From positions 2,304,001-2,368,000 of the forward strand of contig AP038806.1 of the NCBI GenBank assembly GCA_047150005.1: a DNA stretch of 64,000 nt, in the 5' to 3' direction. Under the pieces are notes generated by a model. The model saw only the letters and a program-made list of their open reading frames with translations. It was not told the origin of the DNA and made no database searches. Shown here one piece after another: positions 1-9,308 of this stretch (position 1 is its first letter; every line of letters begins with the position of its first letter). A program made the translations under genes and the position numbers. The DNA comes from Nitrospira sp. GTDB taxonomy: Bacteria > Nitrospirota > Nitrospiria > Nitrospirales > Nitrospiraceae.

Positions 1-1
1 C

Positions 2-841
2 GTGTTCAAGGATCTCGACAATCACCGTACGGTCGTGGTTGCGGCCAAGTCCGTGATTCTCGCCACCGGCGGCATCGGGCGCCTGCACATCCAGGGATTT
101 CCCACGAGCAACCATTATGGAGCCACCGGCGACGGGCTCTGTCTGGCGTATCGGATGGGGGCCAAGCTCGCGCATATCGACACGTTCCAGTATCACCCGT
201 CCGGCGCCGTGTACCCGGAACAATTGATCGGGGCCTTGGTGACGGAAGGCATCAGGTCCGAAGGCGGGCATCTGGTCAACGCCAAGGGCGAACGTTTCGT
301 GAATGAGCTCGACACGCGCGACGTCGTGTCGTCTTCCATCATCCGCGAATGCGAAGACGGTCGTGGTATCCGTACAATGTCGGGTCGTGTCGGAGTCTGG
401 CTCGATACCCCGCTTTTGGACGCGGAGCATGGACCCGGAACGATGGAAAAGCATTTCCCGGCGATGATGCTGCAGTTCGAGCGGTTTGGTATCGATATCA
501 GCAAGGATCCGGTGCTGATCTATCCCACGCTGCATTACCAGAACGGCGGGGTGAAGATCGACACGAATTCGGAGACCGACGTGCGTAACCTCTTCGTGGC
601 GGGTGAAGCCTCCGGCGGCCTGCATGGGCGCAACCGCTTGATGGGGAATTCGTTGCTGGATCTAATGGTGTTCGGCAAGCGGTCGGGACTGACGGCTGCC
701 TCCCGCGCCGGGTCGATGAAACAGGGAACATTGACGCTCAAACACCTGCAACGGTTTCGCGCCGAAGCCGGTAAGCACGGCAATTCCAGCGGCGTGGTTT
801 CGCCGATGGTGCTGCCGGCCTACACGAGAAAAGTAGGATAG
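2..841 (+). CDS. Fumarate reductase/succinate dehydrogenase-family FAD flavoprotein subunit (5'-partial)
   Basis: Motifs VILATGG, GATGDG, FQYHP, TEGIRSEGG, LHYQNGG and AGEASGGLHGRNRLMGNSL of the SdhA/FrdA/NadB family; immediately upstream of sucC. Confidence 0.85.
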   Translation: MFKDLDNHRTVVVAAKSVILATGGIGRLHIQGFPTSNHYGATGDGLCLAYRMGAKLAHIDTFQYHPSGAVYPEQLIGALVTEGIRSEGGHLVNAKGERFVNELDTRDVVSSSIIRECEDGRGIRTMSGRVGVWLDTPLLDAEHGPGTMEKHFPAMMLQFERFGIDISKDPVLIYPTLHYQNGGVKIDTNSETDVRNLFVAGEASGGLHGRNRLMGNSLLDLMVFGKRSGLTAASRAGSMKQGTLTLKHLQRFRAEAGKHGNSSGVVSPMVLPAYTRKVG

Positions 842-900
842 TGCTGAGCGTTGAAAGCGTTTTAACTCAGGACTCAGCACCCAGCACTCGGAGTTCAGCA
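841..900. repeat. Heptamer tandem array / hairpin in the flavoprotein-sucC spacer
   Basis: CTCAGGA CTCAGCA CCCAGCA CTCGGAG TTCAGCA (866-900); GTGCTGAG (841-848) is the reverse complement of CTCAGCAC (873-880). Confidence 0.7.
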
Positions 901-922
901 CCGAAGCGACAGAAGGAGCGAC

Positions 923-2101
923 ATGAACGTTCATGAATTTCAGGCCAAGTCGATCTTTGCCCAGTTCGGTGTCCCCGTACCCAGGGGAAAAGAGATCACG
1001 TCCCCCGGCGCGGCGACGGCCTGGGCCGATGAACTCAATACGCCTGTCTTCGTCGTCAAGGCGCAGATTCACGCAGGCGGCCGTGGAAAAGCCGGTGGCG
1101 TCAAGATCACGAAGGACAAGGGGACGGTGGCGGGCCTGGCCAAGGAACTGCTCGGCAAGACGCTCGTGACGCATCAGACCGGTCCCAAGGGGCGGACCGT
1201 CCATCGTCTGCTGATCGAGGAAGGTGCCAACATCAGCAAGGAGCTATATCTGAGCATTCTCGTCGACCGTGAGACCGGATGGCCCACGTTCATCGCCAGC
1301 ACGGAAGGCGGGATGGAAATTGAAGAGGTGGCCGAAAAGACGCCGGATAGGATCATCAAGGAAGCCATCGATCCGGCGGTCGGCTTTCAGGCGCACAATG
1401 GTCGCAACGTGGCCTATGCCCTCGGCCTTCAGAACATCGAGCCTGCGGTCATCACGCCCTTCATTGTACTGCTCGGCAATCTCTATCGACTGTTCATGGA
1501 GAAGCATGCGGCGCTGGTCGAGATCAATCCGTTGATCATCACCAAGGAAAAGACCCTGGTGGCCCTGGACGGCAAGGTGTCTTTCGACGACAACGGTCTC
1601 TTCAAGCATGAAGACGTGCAGAAAATGCGGGACTTGAACGAGGAAGAACCGCTGGAGATCGAGGCAACCGCGAATAACCTCAACTACGTCAAACTCGACG
1701 GAAACATCGGCTGCATGGTCAACGGTGCGGGCCTCGCGATGGCTACGATGGACGTGATCAAGCTCGCCGGCAGCGAACCGGCGAATTTTTTGGACGTCGG
1801 CGGCGGCGCCACCAAGGACACGGTCGCGGCGGGCTTCAGAATTTTGCTGAAGGATCCGAACGTCAAAGGGATCTTCATCAATATCTTCGGGGGGATCGTC
1901 CGCTGCGAGCGGATCGCCCACGGAGTGATCGAAGCGGCAAAGGAAGTCAAAATCACGGTGCCCTTGGTCGTGCGCCTCCAAGGAACGAACGCGGAAGAAG
2001 GGCGAAAGCTCCTGGCGGAATCCGGTCTGAAGCTGGACGTGGCCAACGATCTGTGGGAGGCCGCGCAAAAGATTGTGAAATTGACCGGGAAAGCAGCATG
2101 A
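923..2101 (+). CDS. sucC: Succinyl-CoA synthetase beta subunit
   Basis: MNVHEFQAK, KAQIHAGGRGKAGG, GCMVNGAGLAMATMD, PANFLDVGGGA, NIFGGIVRC; RBS AAGGAG. Confidence 0.97.
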   Translation: MNVHEFQAKSIFAQFGVPVPRGKEITSPGAATAWADELNTPVFVVKAQIHAGGRGKAGGVKITKDKGTVAGLAKELLGKTLVTHQTGPKGRTVHRLLIEEGANISKELYLSILVDRETGWPTFIASTEGGMEIEEVAEKTPDRIIKEAIDPAVGFQAHNGRNVAYALGLQNIEPAVITPFIVLLGNLYRLFMEKHAALVEINPLIITKEKTLVALDGKVSFDDNGLFKHEDVQKMRDLNEEEPLEIEATANNLNYVKLDGNIGCMVNGAGLAMATMDVIKLAGSEPANFLDVGGGATKDTVAAGFRILLKDPNVKGIFINIFGGIVRCERIAHGVIEAAKEVKITVPLVVRLQGTNAEEGRKLLAESGLKLDVANDLWEAAQKIVKLTGKAA

Positions 2102-2304
2102 ATATGTGGGGCCCTTCCGCTGCGCGTGCTCGGTGAAAGCCGCGTCTTGGCGCGGCGGGGTGGGAGGGTGAGAAAATCGCCAGGGTCGCCGCCACCCGCA
2201 AAGAAGAGAGCTTTCCCGATCTGGAAGTGGAAACTGGCAGATAGGAACTCGAGTTCTTATGTTAGGTGCTCTGGATACTGATCGGGATGCCGAGTAGGTC
2301 ACCG

Positions 2305-2898
2305 ATGCATTGGACGACCGTAACACTTGCGCTGCTTCTCGTGACTCTGTCGGGATGCATGATGGTGCGGGAAGGTAAAGTCAAACCTCCGGCACAGTGG
2401 CCTCCCCAGCAGATTCAGCAGCAGAAAAAGTCCATCGGGTTGATCGTGGCCGGCGCATTGGATCCCAAGGGCCTCAGCCAGATGCCTCGAATGGAAACGG
2501 TAGAATCGGTCAGACGTCAAGCATTTAAGGCCTATTCGGAGTCGGGCCTGTTTTCTTCGGTCGTCACGTCGGGAGAGCCGACGGACCTCAGGGCCGACAT
2601 CGCAGTCATCGAAGACGAGGGCGGTGGTCCGGGGGTGTGGGCCTATCTGTCGGCATTGACGTTTGCGATGATACCGGGATACGTCTCCGAAGAACTGATC
2701 GTCTCGACGAGTTTTTCCGACCGTCAGAAGCGGCCGCTCGACAGCGTGGAGCAAAAAGAGGAATTGGGTTTCTGGATGCAGTTCTTTCTGCTCTTTGCGA
2801 TGCCGTTTACAGAAGCTACCGCCTCGATCAGCCAGTCGGTGCACTACGATATGCATCGAGCCACCATCCAGGAAGCCCACGGCAAGGGGATCTTTTAG
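2305..2898 (+). CDS. Hypothetical lipoprotein inserted between sucC and sucD
   Basis: Hydrophobic signal ending in lipobox LSGC; internal hydrophobic segment SALTFAMIPG; start at ATG 2305 is inferred. Confidence 0.65.
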   Translation: MHWTTVTLALLLVTLSGCMMVREGKVKPPAQWPPQQIQQQKKSIGLIVAGALDPKGLSQMPRMETVESVRRQAFKAYSESGLFSSVVTSGEPTDLRADIAVIEDEGGGPGVWAYLSALTFAMIPGYVSEELIVSTSFSDRQKRPLDSVEQKEELGFWMQFFLLFAMPFTEATASISQSVHYDMHRATIQEAHGKGIF

Positions 2899-2928
2899 AA
2901 ACCAGACACCGGACAAGAGGACTACTCC

Positions 2929-3801
2929 ATGTCAATTCTCGTGAATAAAGCCACGCGGGTAGTGGTGCAGGGGATCACGGGCAAGGAAGGGTCGTTCCAC
3001 GCGACGCAGTGCAAGGCCTACGGAACGCAGATTGTAGCGGGAGTGACACCTGGTAAAGCCGGGCAGGAGGTCGAAGGCATTCCGGTGTTCAACACGGTGT
3101 CTGATGCGGTCAGGAAGACCGAGTGCGACACGTCCCTGATCTTCGTGCCGCCTCCGTTCTGCGCCGACGCCATTCTGGAAGCGGCGGATGCCGGGGTGAA
3201 GCTGATCATCTGCATCACCGAAGGCATACCTGTGAACGACATGGTCAAGGTCAAACGCGCACTCCGTGGTCGAGACGTTCGTTTGATCGGGCCCAATTGC
3301 CCCGGCGTCATCACCGTCGATGAAGCGAAAATCGGCATCATGCCGGGCTTCATCCATAAAAAGGGCATTGTGGGCGTGGTCTCTCGAAGCGGCACGCTGA
3401 CATATGAAGCCGTGCATCAGTTGTCGACGCTCGGCCTCGGCGAAACTACGTGCGTAGGTATCGGCGGAGACCCGGTCAACGGAACCGGTTTTGTCGACGT
3501 GCTGCCGCTGTTCGAGAAGGACCCCGAAACGCAGGCGATCGTCATGATCGGCGAGATCGGGGGGGACGCAGAAGAAAAGGCGGCGGAGTTCATCAGAAAG
3601 CACGTCAAGAAGCCGGTCATCAGTTTTATCGCCGGAATTACGGCGCCTCCGGGACGCCGGATGGGACATGCAGGTGCGATCATTTCCGGGGGGAAAGGCA
3701 CCGCGACGGAAAAGATGAAAGCGCTCGAACAAGCCGGTGTGAAGGTGGTGAAGAATCCCGCCGAGATCGGCAGTGCGGTGAAGAAGGCCTTGGGCAAATA
3801 A
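2929..3801 (+). CDS. sucD: Succinyl-CoA synthetase alpha subunit
   Basis: [40 protein letters not shown] (phospho-His). Confidence 0.97.
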   Translation: MSILVNKATRVVVQGITGKEGSFHATQCKAYGTQIVAGVTPGKAGQEVEGIPVFNTVSDAVRKTECDTSLIFVPPPFCADAILEAADAGVKLIICITEGIPVNDMVKVKRALRGRDVRLIGPNCPGVITVDEAKIGIMPGFIHKKGIVGVVSRSGTLTYEAVHQLSTLGLGETTCVGIGGDPVNGTGFVDVLPLFEKDPETQAIVMIGEIGGDAEEKAAEFIRKHVKKPVISFIAGITAPPGRRMGHAGAIISGGKGTATEKMKALEQAGVKVVKNPAEIGSAVKKALGK

Positions 3802-3951
3802 CCACCACGTTGGATCTCGCCGGCCGACAAGCCCGGGTGCGGACCTTGCCGTGATCCTCGAACCGCTCCTACGGAAAGGCTGTGATCACGGCCGGTCGCT
3901 GACGGGCTGGTTATGGTTCGATCCAGGCCATTCCGCGGCAGGAACGGAGGG

Positions 3952-4719
3952 CTATACGCGTGGCCGCGCGGTGACCGTCTGGTCCGCTCCGAGTCGTGAG
4001 AGCAGTGTATCGGCCCACAGCCAGGGGGCGCCCTCATCCTCGTGCTTGCAGTAGACAAAACAGTCCATGCCTTGGGCCACGGTTTCCGCGAATCGGCTGG
4101 ACCATTGTTGTAGCGCCTCCCGGTCATATGTCGTCCGGCGCAAGCGGACATACCAGAAGTCAGCCGTGTGACGACGTTGCGCCGGCTTGTCGTCCGTGTC
4201 CGCAGCCACCCACGAGATATTGAAGTGTGTGAGGAGCGCCTCGACCGACGGATGGTCCCACGATTCGTGTCGGAACTCGACCGCCCAGCGGGTCGTTGTC
4301 GGCAGCTGTTCCAAGAAACGGCCGAGGCGTTCCTCATCGCGGGTGAAATTGGGCGGCAATTGGATCAACAACGGACCCAAGCGGCCCTGCTGCGCCAACG
4401 GCTTGAGTCGATCAAGCAGCAGGTTCACCAAAGAAAAGCTCTCTGCCTTCAACCGCTGCTGATGAGTGATCTGCCGGTGGACTTTCGGGGCGAACAGAAA
4501 GTCGAAGGGGGTGGAGCTCATCCACGATTGGACCATCGACTCCGTGGGAATTCGATACCATGTACCGTCCAACTCGACGGTCTGATAGCGTGTGGCGTAA
4601 TAGCGGAGAAATTCGGTCTGCTTGAGCCCTGGAGGGTAGAATCGATCAACCCCCTGCCACGGCCGATAGGAATAGCCTGATAGCCCGATATAGCTGCGCG
4701 CGGCCTTGTGTTTCTCCAT
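3952..4719 (-). CDS. DUF72 (YecE-like) family protein
   Basis: IGLSGYSY..W, FYPPG, YATRYQTVELDGTWY, LIQLPP, AVEFRH, YVRLR. Confidence 0.88.
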   Translation of the reverse strand: MEKHKAARSYIGLSGYSYRPWQGVDRFYPPGLKQTEFLRYYATRYQTVELDGTWYRIPTESMVQSWMSSTPFDFLFAPKVHRQITHQQRLKAESFSLVNLLLDRLKPLAQQGRLGPLLIQLPPNFTRDEERLGRFLEQLPTTTRWAVEFRHESWDHPSVEALLTHFNISWVAADTDDKPAQRRHTADFWYVRLRRTTYDREALQQWSSRFAETVAQGMDCFVYCKHEDEGAPWLWADTLLSRLGADQTVTARPRV

Positions 4720-4765
4720 CTCGCTTGCCTCTGACGCTGAGATCCCTCCGAGAGTCGGTGATGTC

Positions 4766-5734
4766 TTACAAGGGGATTCCCCAGATGCGCTTGGCGAGAA
4801 CCCCGATCCCGTAGCTGACGCTCACGGCTATGGTAATGATCGCCAGGTTCAATAGGATTCGCCGCTTGATGTCCATGCCGGACAAAAACGACAGGATGGT
4901 CGAGATGACGATGACCATCAGCCCGGCGGTGATCACGGAAAAGACGACGGTATCCGCGCCGAGCAGGATCGGGAACACCGGAATGGTCGCACCGAAGAGA
5001 TAGGCGATCCCCACGAAGGCAGCCGACGCGAGCGGCTGCTCCACCATGACGGTCGATTCGGATGCTTCCCTCAGAAACGTTTTCTTAGCACTCTCCGTCG
5101 CCCTGATCTCCTGTTCCGAATTGAGTGCCAGGAAGGCTCCCGCAGCCATCGAGAGCGCACCGGCCACCGCGGTCGTCGATGAGGCGATCAGCACCAGCGT
5201 CGCGCTGCCGAAGGCTCCGAAGAAGCCGCTGACCGCGCCGAGAATTTCCACCAATCCGTCATTGAGGCCCAAAAAGATATTGCGGATCTTCTCGGCATTG
5301 ATCTTTCGTTCGGTCAGACTGGTCACCAGCACGTCTTCATGCTTGAACTCGTCCATCAGAACGTCGCGGAGAGCCGTTCCCAACGGTTGGTTCTCAAACT
5401 CCGTCCACAGTGCAAGGTATTTCCGAACGCCGTGAACCTCAATGGCTTCCAGCACCAGATGCACGGCGGTGACGCCGAAGAAGCGGCAGGTGAGGATGAG
5501 AAGCTGCAACTTGATGGATCGGCTCACATCCAAGCGCTCGATATTCATTGAGAAGAATCGATTCCAGAACGCCAGATGGTCGATCTCGACCGCAATCAGC
5601 TGGTCCAGAGTCTGTTGCGCGTCACGGTCGCGCGTGATCTCACGGAGCTTGCGATACAGGGAGAGGTCGAATAATTCATCCAGGATCAGGGTTCGAGCCA
5701 GGGATGCATCGTGCGAACCATGGGGATGTGTCAT
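4766..5734 (-). CDS. Rubrerythrin/ferritin-like + VIT1/CCC1 membrane iron exporter (MbfA-like)
   Basis: N-terminal di-iron ligand pattern (DE, EIDH, EAIE, EFKH); C-terminal VIT1 motifs LGLNDGLV and AGALSMAAGAFL; several TM helices. Confidence 0.8.
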   Translation of the reverse strand: MTHPHGSHDASLARTLILDELFDLSLYRKLREITRDRDAQQTLDQLIAVEIDHLAFWNRFFSMNIERLDVSRSIKLQLLILTCRFFGVTAVHLVLEAIEVHGVRKYLALWTEFENQPLGTALRDVLMDEFKHEDVLVTSLTERKINAEKIRNIFLGLNDGLVEILGAVSGFFGAFGSATLVLIASSTTAVAGALSMAAGAFLALNSEQEIRATESAKKTFLREASESTVMVEQPLASAAFVGIAYLFGATIPVFPILLGADTVVFSVITAGLMVIVISTILSFLSGMDIKRRILLNLAIITIAVSVSYGIGVLAKRIWGIPL

Positions 5735-5924
5735 GAGGGGTGAGTACCGGTTGCCGACAGATTATAGCGAACAGCTCCCGGCTCCGTCGACAAGGCCCTA
5801 GCCGGTGCTCGAGCGGAATCGTCTATTCCTCCGGTTTTCTTGACGAAGACGCCGCACTACGATAGAAAACTTAGAGAACAATTTAGAACAGAACCGTAGA
5901 ACCGGTACGAAAGGCCTCACGGCG

Positions 5925-6755
5925 ATGCACCGCGCTCCCAGACGATCGCGTACCCTGATCAGGATCCAGGTCGAATTCCAAGGCATTTCGGAAGACGCGT
6001 CGATCAAAGGAAAGGGATTCACGCTCGATCTGAATATCAACGGCTGTCGGATTGAAAGCAGCAGTCCCGTGCCCAGGGGAAGTTACGTACGTCTGCGGCT
6101 CGCCATTCCCAAGGCGCCCCATCCGGTGCTGATCGGCATGGCTCGAGTTCGATGGGTCCAGGCCGGATCCTTCGGGGTCGAGTTCATCCAGCGGTCCGCT
6201 GAGGATCTGCCGTACATCAGTCGAGCCACGGCCGAGAGCAACCGGCAGGTGTCGGCTCAGGCGCTTCAGCCGAAGTCGGGCAAGGCTTCTTGTACGGTCC
6301 TCGTTGTGGAGGACGACCCGGACGTGCTGCATCTGTGTGCCCGCACACTCGAAGATGTGGACTGCAAAGTCCTCAAAGCGTCAGGGAGTTCGGAAGCCCT
6401 GCAAATCTGTACCACCCATAGCGGACCGATTCATCTGTCGTTGGTCGACCTCGTCCTGCGTCCGCCGATTCTGCAACTGATGTCCGGACATGAGCAATAT
6501 CCCCGCGTTCACGGGGGTGACCTCATCGAGCGTATCCTCCGTATCAGGAAAAGGTGTCATGTGGTTTTCATGTCGGGTCATGATGAAGCGGCGCTGAGGG
6601 CTCTGGGCATCGAAGTCGGAGGGGCCCTGTGCTTGCAGAAACCATTCAGCCGCGAAGACCTGCTGATGGCGATCAATCAAGCCATGGCGGGACCGCCCAT
6701 GATCTCCAAGGTTCCTCATTCGGAGACGGTCAAACGGGCCGTCAACGGACGGTAG
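5925..6755 (+). CDS. PilZ-domain + response-regulator receiver fusion
   Basis: PilZ RxxxR (RAPRR), DLNINGC, ARVRW, FGVEF; REC VLVVEDD, LVD, FMSG, LQKPF. Confidence 0.8.
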   Translation: MHRAPRRSRTLIRIQVEFQGISEDASIKGKGFTLDLNINGCRIESSSPVPRGSYVRLRLAIPKAPHPVLIGMARVRWVQAGSFGVEFIQRSAEDLPYISRATAESNRQVSAQALQPKSGKASCTVLVVEDDPDVLHLCARTLEDVDCKVLKASGSSEALQICTTHSGPIHLSLVDLVLRPPILQLMSGHEQYPRVHGGDLIERILRIRKRCHVVFMSGHDEAALRALGIEVGGALCLQKPFSREDLLMAINQAMAGPPMISKVPHSETVKRAVNGR

Positions 6756-7075
6756 ATGCGGTTCCCTCTTTCACTTGTTCTCACATCGATTGTCAAGACG
6801 AAGCCTCCGGCATCCGGCTTATTCAGGCGTCGTGCAGGTTGGTGACCTCGCCACGCCGTAGTTGCCGGTCCGTCAGACCATTGCAGACAGTGCTTTTCTG
6901 AATTCAGCGCAGACCGCGATGGGATCGGGCAGCAACCTGACCTGCGTACACCGTCGGTCGATGGCGCTGACGTGAGAGGAGGAATGGCACTTCGGCGTCG
7001 TGCCTGCGTGGCCACACCCATCCTCTGGGCGGCTCTTCGCCCGCGTGACTCACAACGGCTGATCCGCAGCTCCGA

Positions 7076-7201
7076 TCAACCGATCAGGAAATACGCGCCC
7101 AAACCGGCGACCGTGAGCAGGGCGATACCGAGCATCGCCTTCTCATGGCTGCAGAGGCCTTCCTGCGCCTTACAGACTGCGAGGGAGCACATGACGGACA
7201 T
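7076..7201 (-). CDS. 41-aa Cys/His-containing small membrane protein (absent from the ORF track)
   Basis: Manual translation MSVMCSLAVCKAQEGLCSHEKAMLGIALLTVAGLGAYFLIG*; strong RBS AAAGGAGG 8 nt upstream; C-terminal TM helix. Confidence 0.65.
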   Translation of the reverse strand: MSVMCSLAVCKAQEGLCSHEKAMLGIALLTVAGLGAYFLIG

Positions 7202-7263
7202 GAGCTGTCCCTCCTTTGGTAATGTCTCAGGCTATACACCGGTCTGATAGCGAGTCAACCCCA

Positions 7264-7932
7264 TTACTTGAATCTGTAGCCCAACATCACGCCGGCCTGA
7301 ACCATTTTGGCATCGGGATCTTCAAACCCGACTGATCGGAAAAACACACCGACGGTGAAGTTGAACAGCCGGAGGCCTGCGTCAGCCGTCACGCCGATCC
7401 GAGAGGTGGGGTTCGGTCCAACATCGGCGGTCGCGGCAAAGGGCATCAGTAAACCGATTTTCGCATAGCAATGCTCGTATTCGGCTCCCCCGCCAACCGC
7501 TGCATAGGGAAAATTGATGGAGGTCCAGGAGTTGACTGCGTCATCCCGGCTCCAATGCTCGTAGCCCAAACCGGCAAACGGATACAGTTCCAGACTTTCG
7601 GTTGGACGAAAGCCGTAGCGTAGATCGGTATAAAAGCGGCGTCCTTCATTGGGAATAATCCCTGCGTCATCGTCCAGCTTCTCTCCCAGCCACCAATTCT
7701 CGAAGTTGAAACCGACGCCAAGGCGATCGAATCGCGCTAAGGCATTGATCCCCAACGCGACGAGCGACTTATGCCCTCCGATACCTTGTAATTCATCCCA
7801 GGCGATCGTCCCCCCTTTCGCATAGGGCTCTAGCTCGATCTCAGCCGGCCCCACGCTAAAGGCCTGAGCTCCTTCCCAGGGTTGTATGGCCATGAGGCAG
7901 ACAATTGCGATACCAAAAGCTCGGCCGATCAT
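7264..7932 (-). CDS. Outer-membrane beta-barrel protein (small, OmpA/porin-like)
   Basis: Signal peptide (AQA-F), amphipathic strands such as YPFAGLGY, terminal GVMLGYRF beta-signal. Confidence 0.7.
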   Translation of the reverse strand: MIGRAFGIAIVCLMAIQPWEGAQAFSVGPAEIELEPYAKGGTIAWDELQGIGGHKSLVALGINALARFDRLGVGFNFENWWLGEKLDDDAGIIPNEGRRFYTDLRYGFRPTESLELYPFAGLGYEHWSRDDAVNSWTSINFPYAAVGGGAEYEHCYAKIGLLMPFAATADVGPNPTSRIGVTADAGLRLFNFTVGVFFRSVGFEDPDAKMVQAGVMLGYRFK

Positions 7933-8084
7933 GAGGGTCCTTTCCTGTTCACGATGGGATGCGTTCGACGGAATATGGTCTGCAAATCGGCCACGAAGAG
8001 AGTCGCGTGTGGATCATTTCGACTTCCTACAGGGATCCATATAGATACAGGATGGGCCTCGCACGGATCCATAAGAATTCGTAG

Positions 8085-8759
8085 GGCATTGAAGCACTTG
8101 AAATTGCTTGCCGAGATCGGCCCGGAATCTACACGCGACTGACAGTTCGGGATACAGGATGCGGAATCCCCGAAGACCTGCGCGAGCATCTGTTCGAGCC
8201 GTTTTGCAGTCGAACAAGGGCGAGAACCGGACGCGGATTAGGATTGGCGAGTGTCTATGGAATGGTTCGGCAGGTGGGCGGGCATACTGAGGTGACAAGC
8301 GCCCACGCTGTCGGTACAGAGTTCGCCATTCTGTTTCCCTGTTTTCGGCAGGCTGTTCCCTCGCAAGGCCGTGTTGTTGCTGCTCCGGTCGCGACGGCCC
8401 ATCCGATCATCTTATTGGTGGAGGATGATGAAGATGTTCGGACGGCGGTGGCCGATATGCTCAGATTGGACGGGTATGACGTTCGGGAGTCCTGTGACGG
8501 GCTGAATGCACTGGAACATTTGAGGAGGATGGCAGCGCCGCCGGCACTCGTTCTGGCGGATGTCATGATGCCTCGGATGACCGGCCCTCAGCTCGCCGTT
8601 CAGATCGAAGCCATGATGCCAGGCGTTCGGCTGTTGTATATGCCTGGGTACTCGGACCAGATTCTCGACCCGTTGGACGGGAGAATGCGTTCATTCATTG
8701 CCAAGCCGTTTCGGCGTGATCACCTGATTCGACAGGTTCGAGAAACGCTGTCACGGTAA
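8085..8759 (+). pseudogene. 5'-truncated hybrid histidine kinase (HATPase C-terminus + receiver)
   Basis: In-frame read upstream of the annotated ORF gives PGIYTRLTVRDTGCGIPEDLREHLFEPF..GRGLGLASVYGMVRQVGG (G1/F/G2 boxes), bounded by TAG at 8082-8084; no H-box or N-box; REC with DVMMPRMTG. Confidence 0.75.
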
Positions 8760-8839
8760 GGGGGGGATAGCGCGCAGGATAAACGGCCGCAAGACTAGAC
8801 CATCAACCTGCAAGAGCTTCCGGACAGAGGGAGAGGAAA

Positions 8840-9208
8840 CTATCGGCAATTAGGCGGGGGACTGTTTCCGAAGACCTGTTTGAGGTTCGTCCACCTTTCG
8901 AATTCTCCAGGTGAGAGGTCTCGAGCTCCCAGGCTGCTCGATTTTGTCGAGAGCTTGACCCATTCCTCATACATGGCGCATTCCTCGGCCGAAGCGGCAG
9001 GAATTCTGGACTGCGCATCCCTCATGGATTTGACGTTCTCTCCGGCTGGAGCGGACGATTTCGAATTGAACTCAGGCGATTCGGGAATCGTGCTGAAACC
9101 TTCCCGATTCGATTCCTGTAGCGGCTGGCAACCAGCGCGAGGAGTATCGGTATAGACTTCGCCCGGGCACACGTACAAGGCCGCGGCAACCACGATGGTT
9201 TCCAGCAT
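8840..9208 (-). CDS. Small secreted hypothetical protein with four Cys
   Basis: RBS AAGGGAGG; hydrophobic N-terminus then YVCPGEVYTDTPRAGC (DUF4124-like pattern, inferred). Confidence 0.55.
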   Translation of the reverse strand: MLETIVVAAALYVCPGEVYTDTPRAGCQPLQESNREGFSTIPESPEFNSKSSAPAGENVKSMRDAQSRIPAASAEECAMYEEWVKLSTKSSSLGARDLSPGEFERWTNLKQVFGNSPPPNCR

Positions 9209-9308
9209 GGAACCCTCCCTTGGTCGGAACTCTGTGCTCCATCACCCTAGCATGGCTCCTCCAATCCAGAAAGCAAAACGAGGGGTTTTGCAGAGAGGAA
9301 AACGACCG

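Noticed and set aside
866..900. Tandem repeats as a possible CRISPR array
   Set aside because: 7-nt units without spacers; no cas genes in the window
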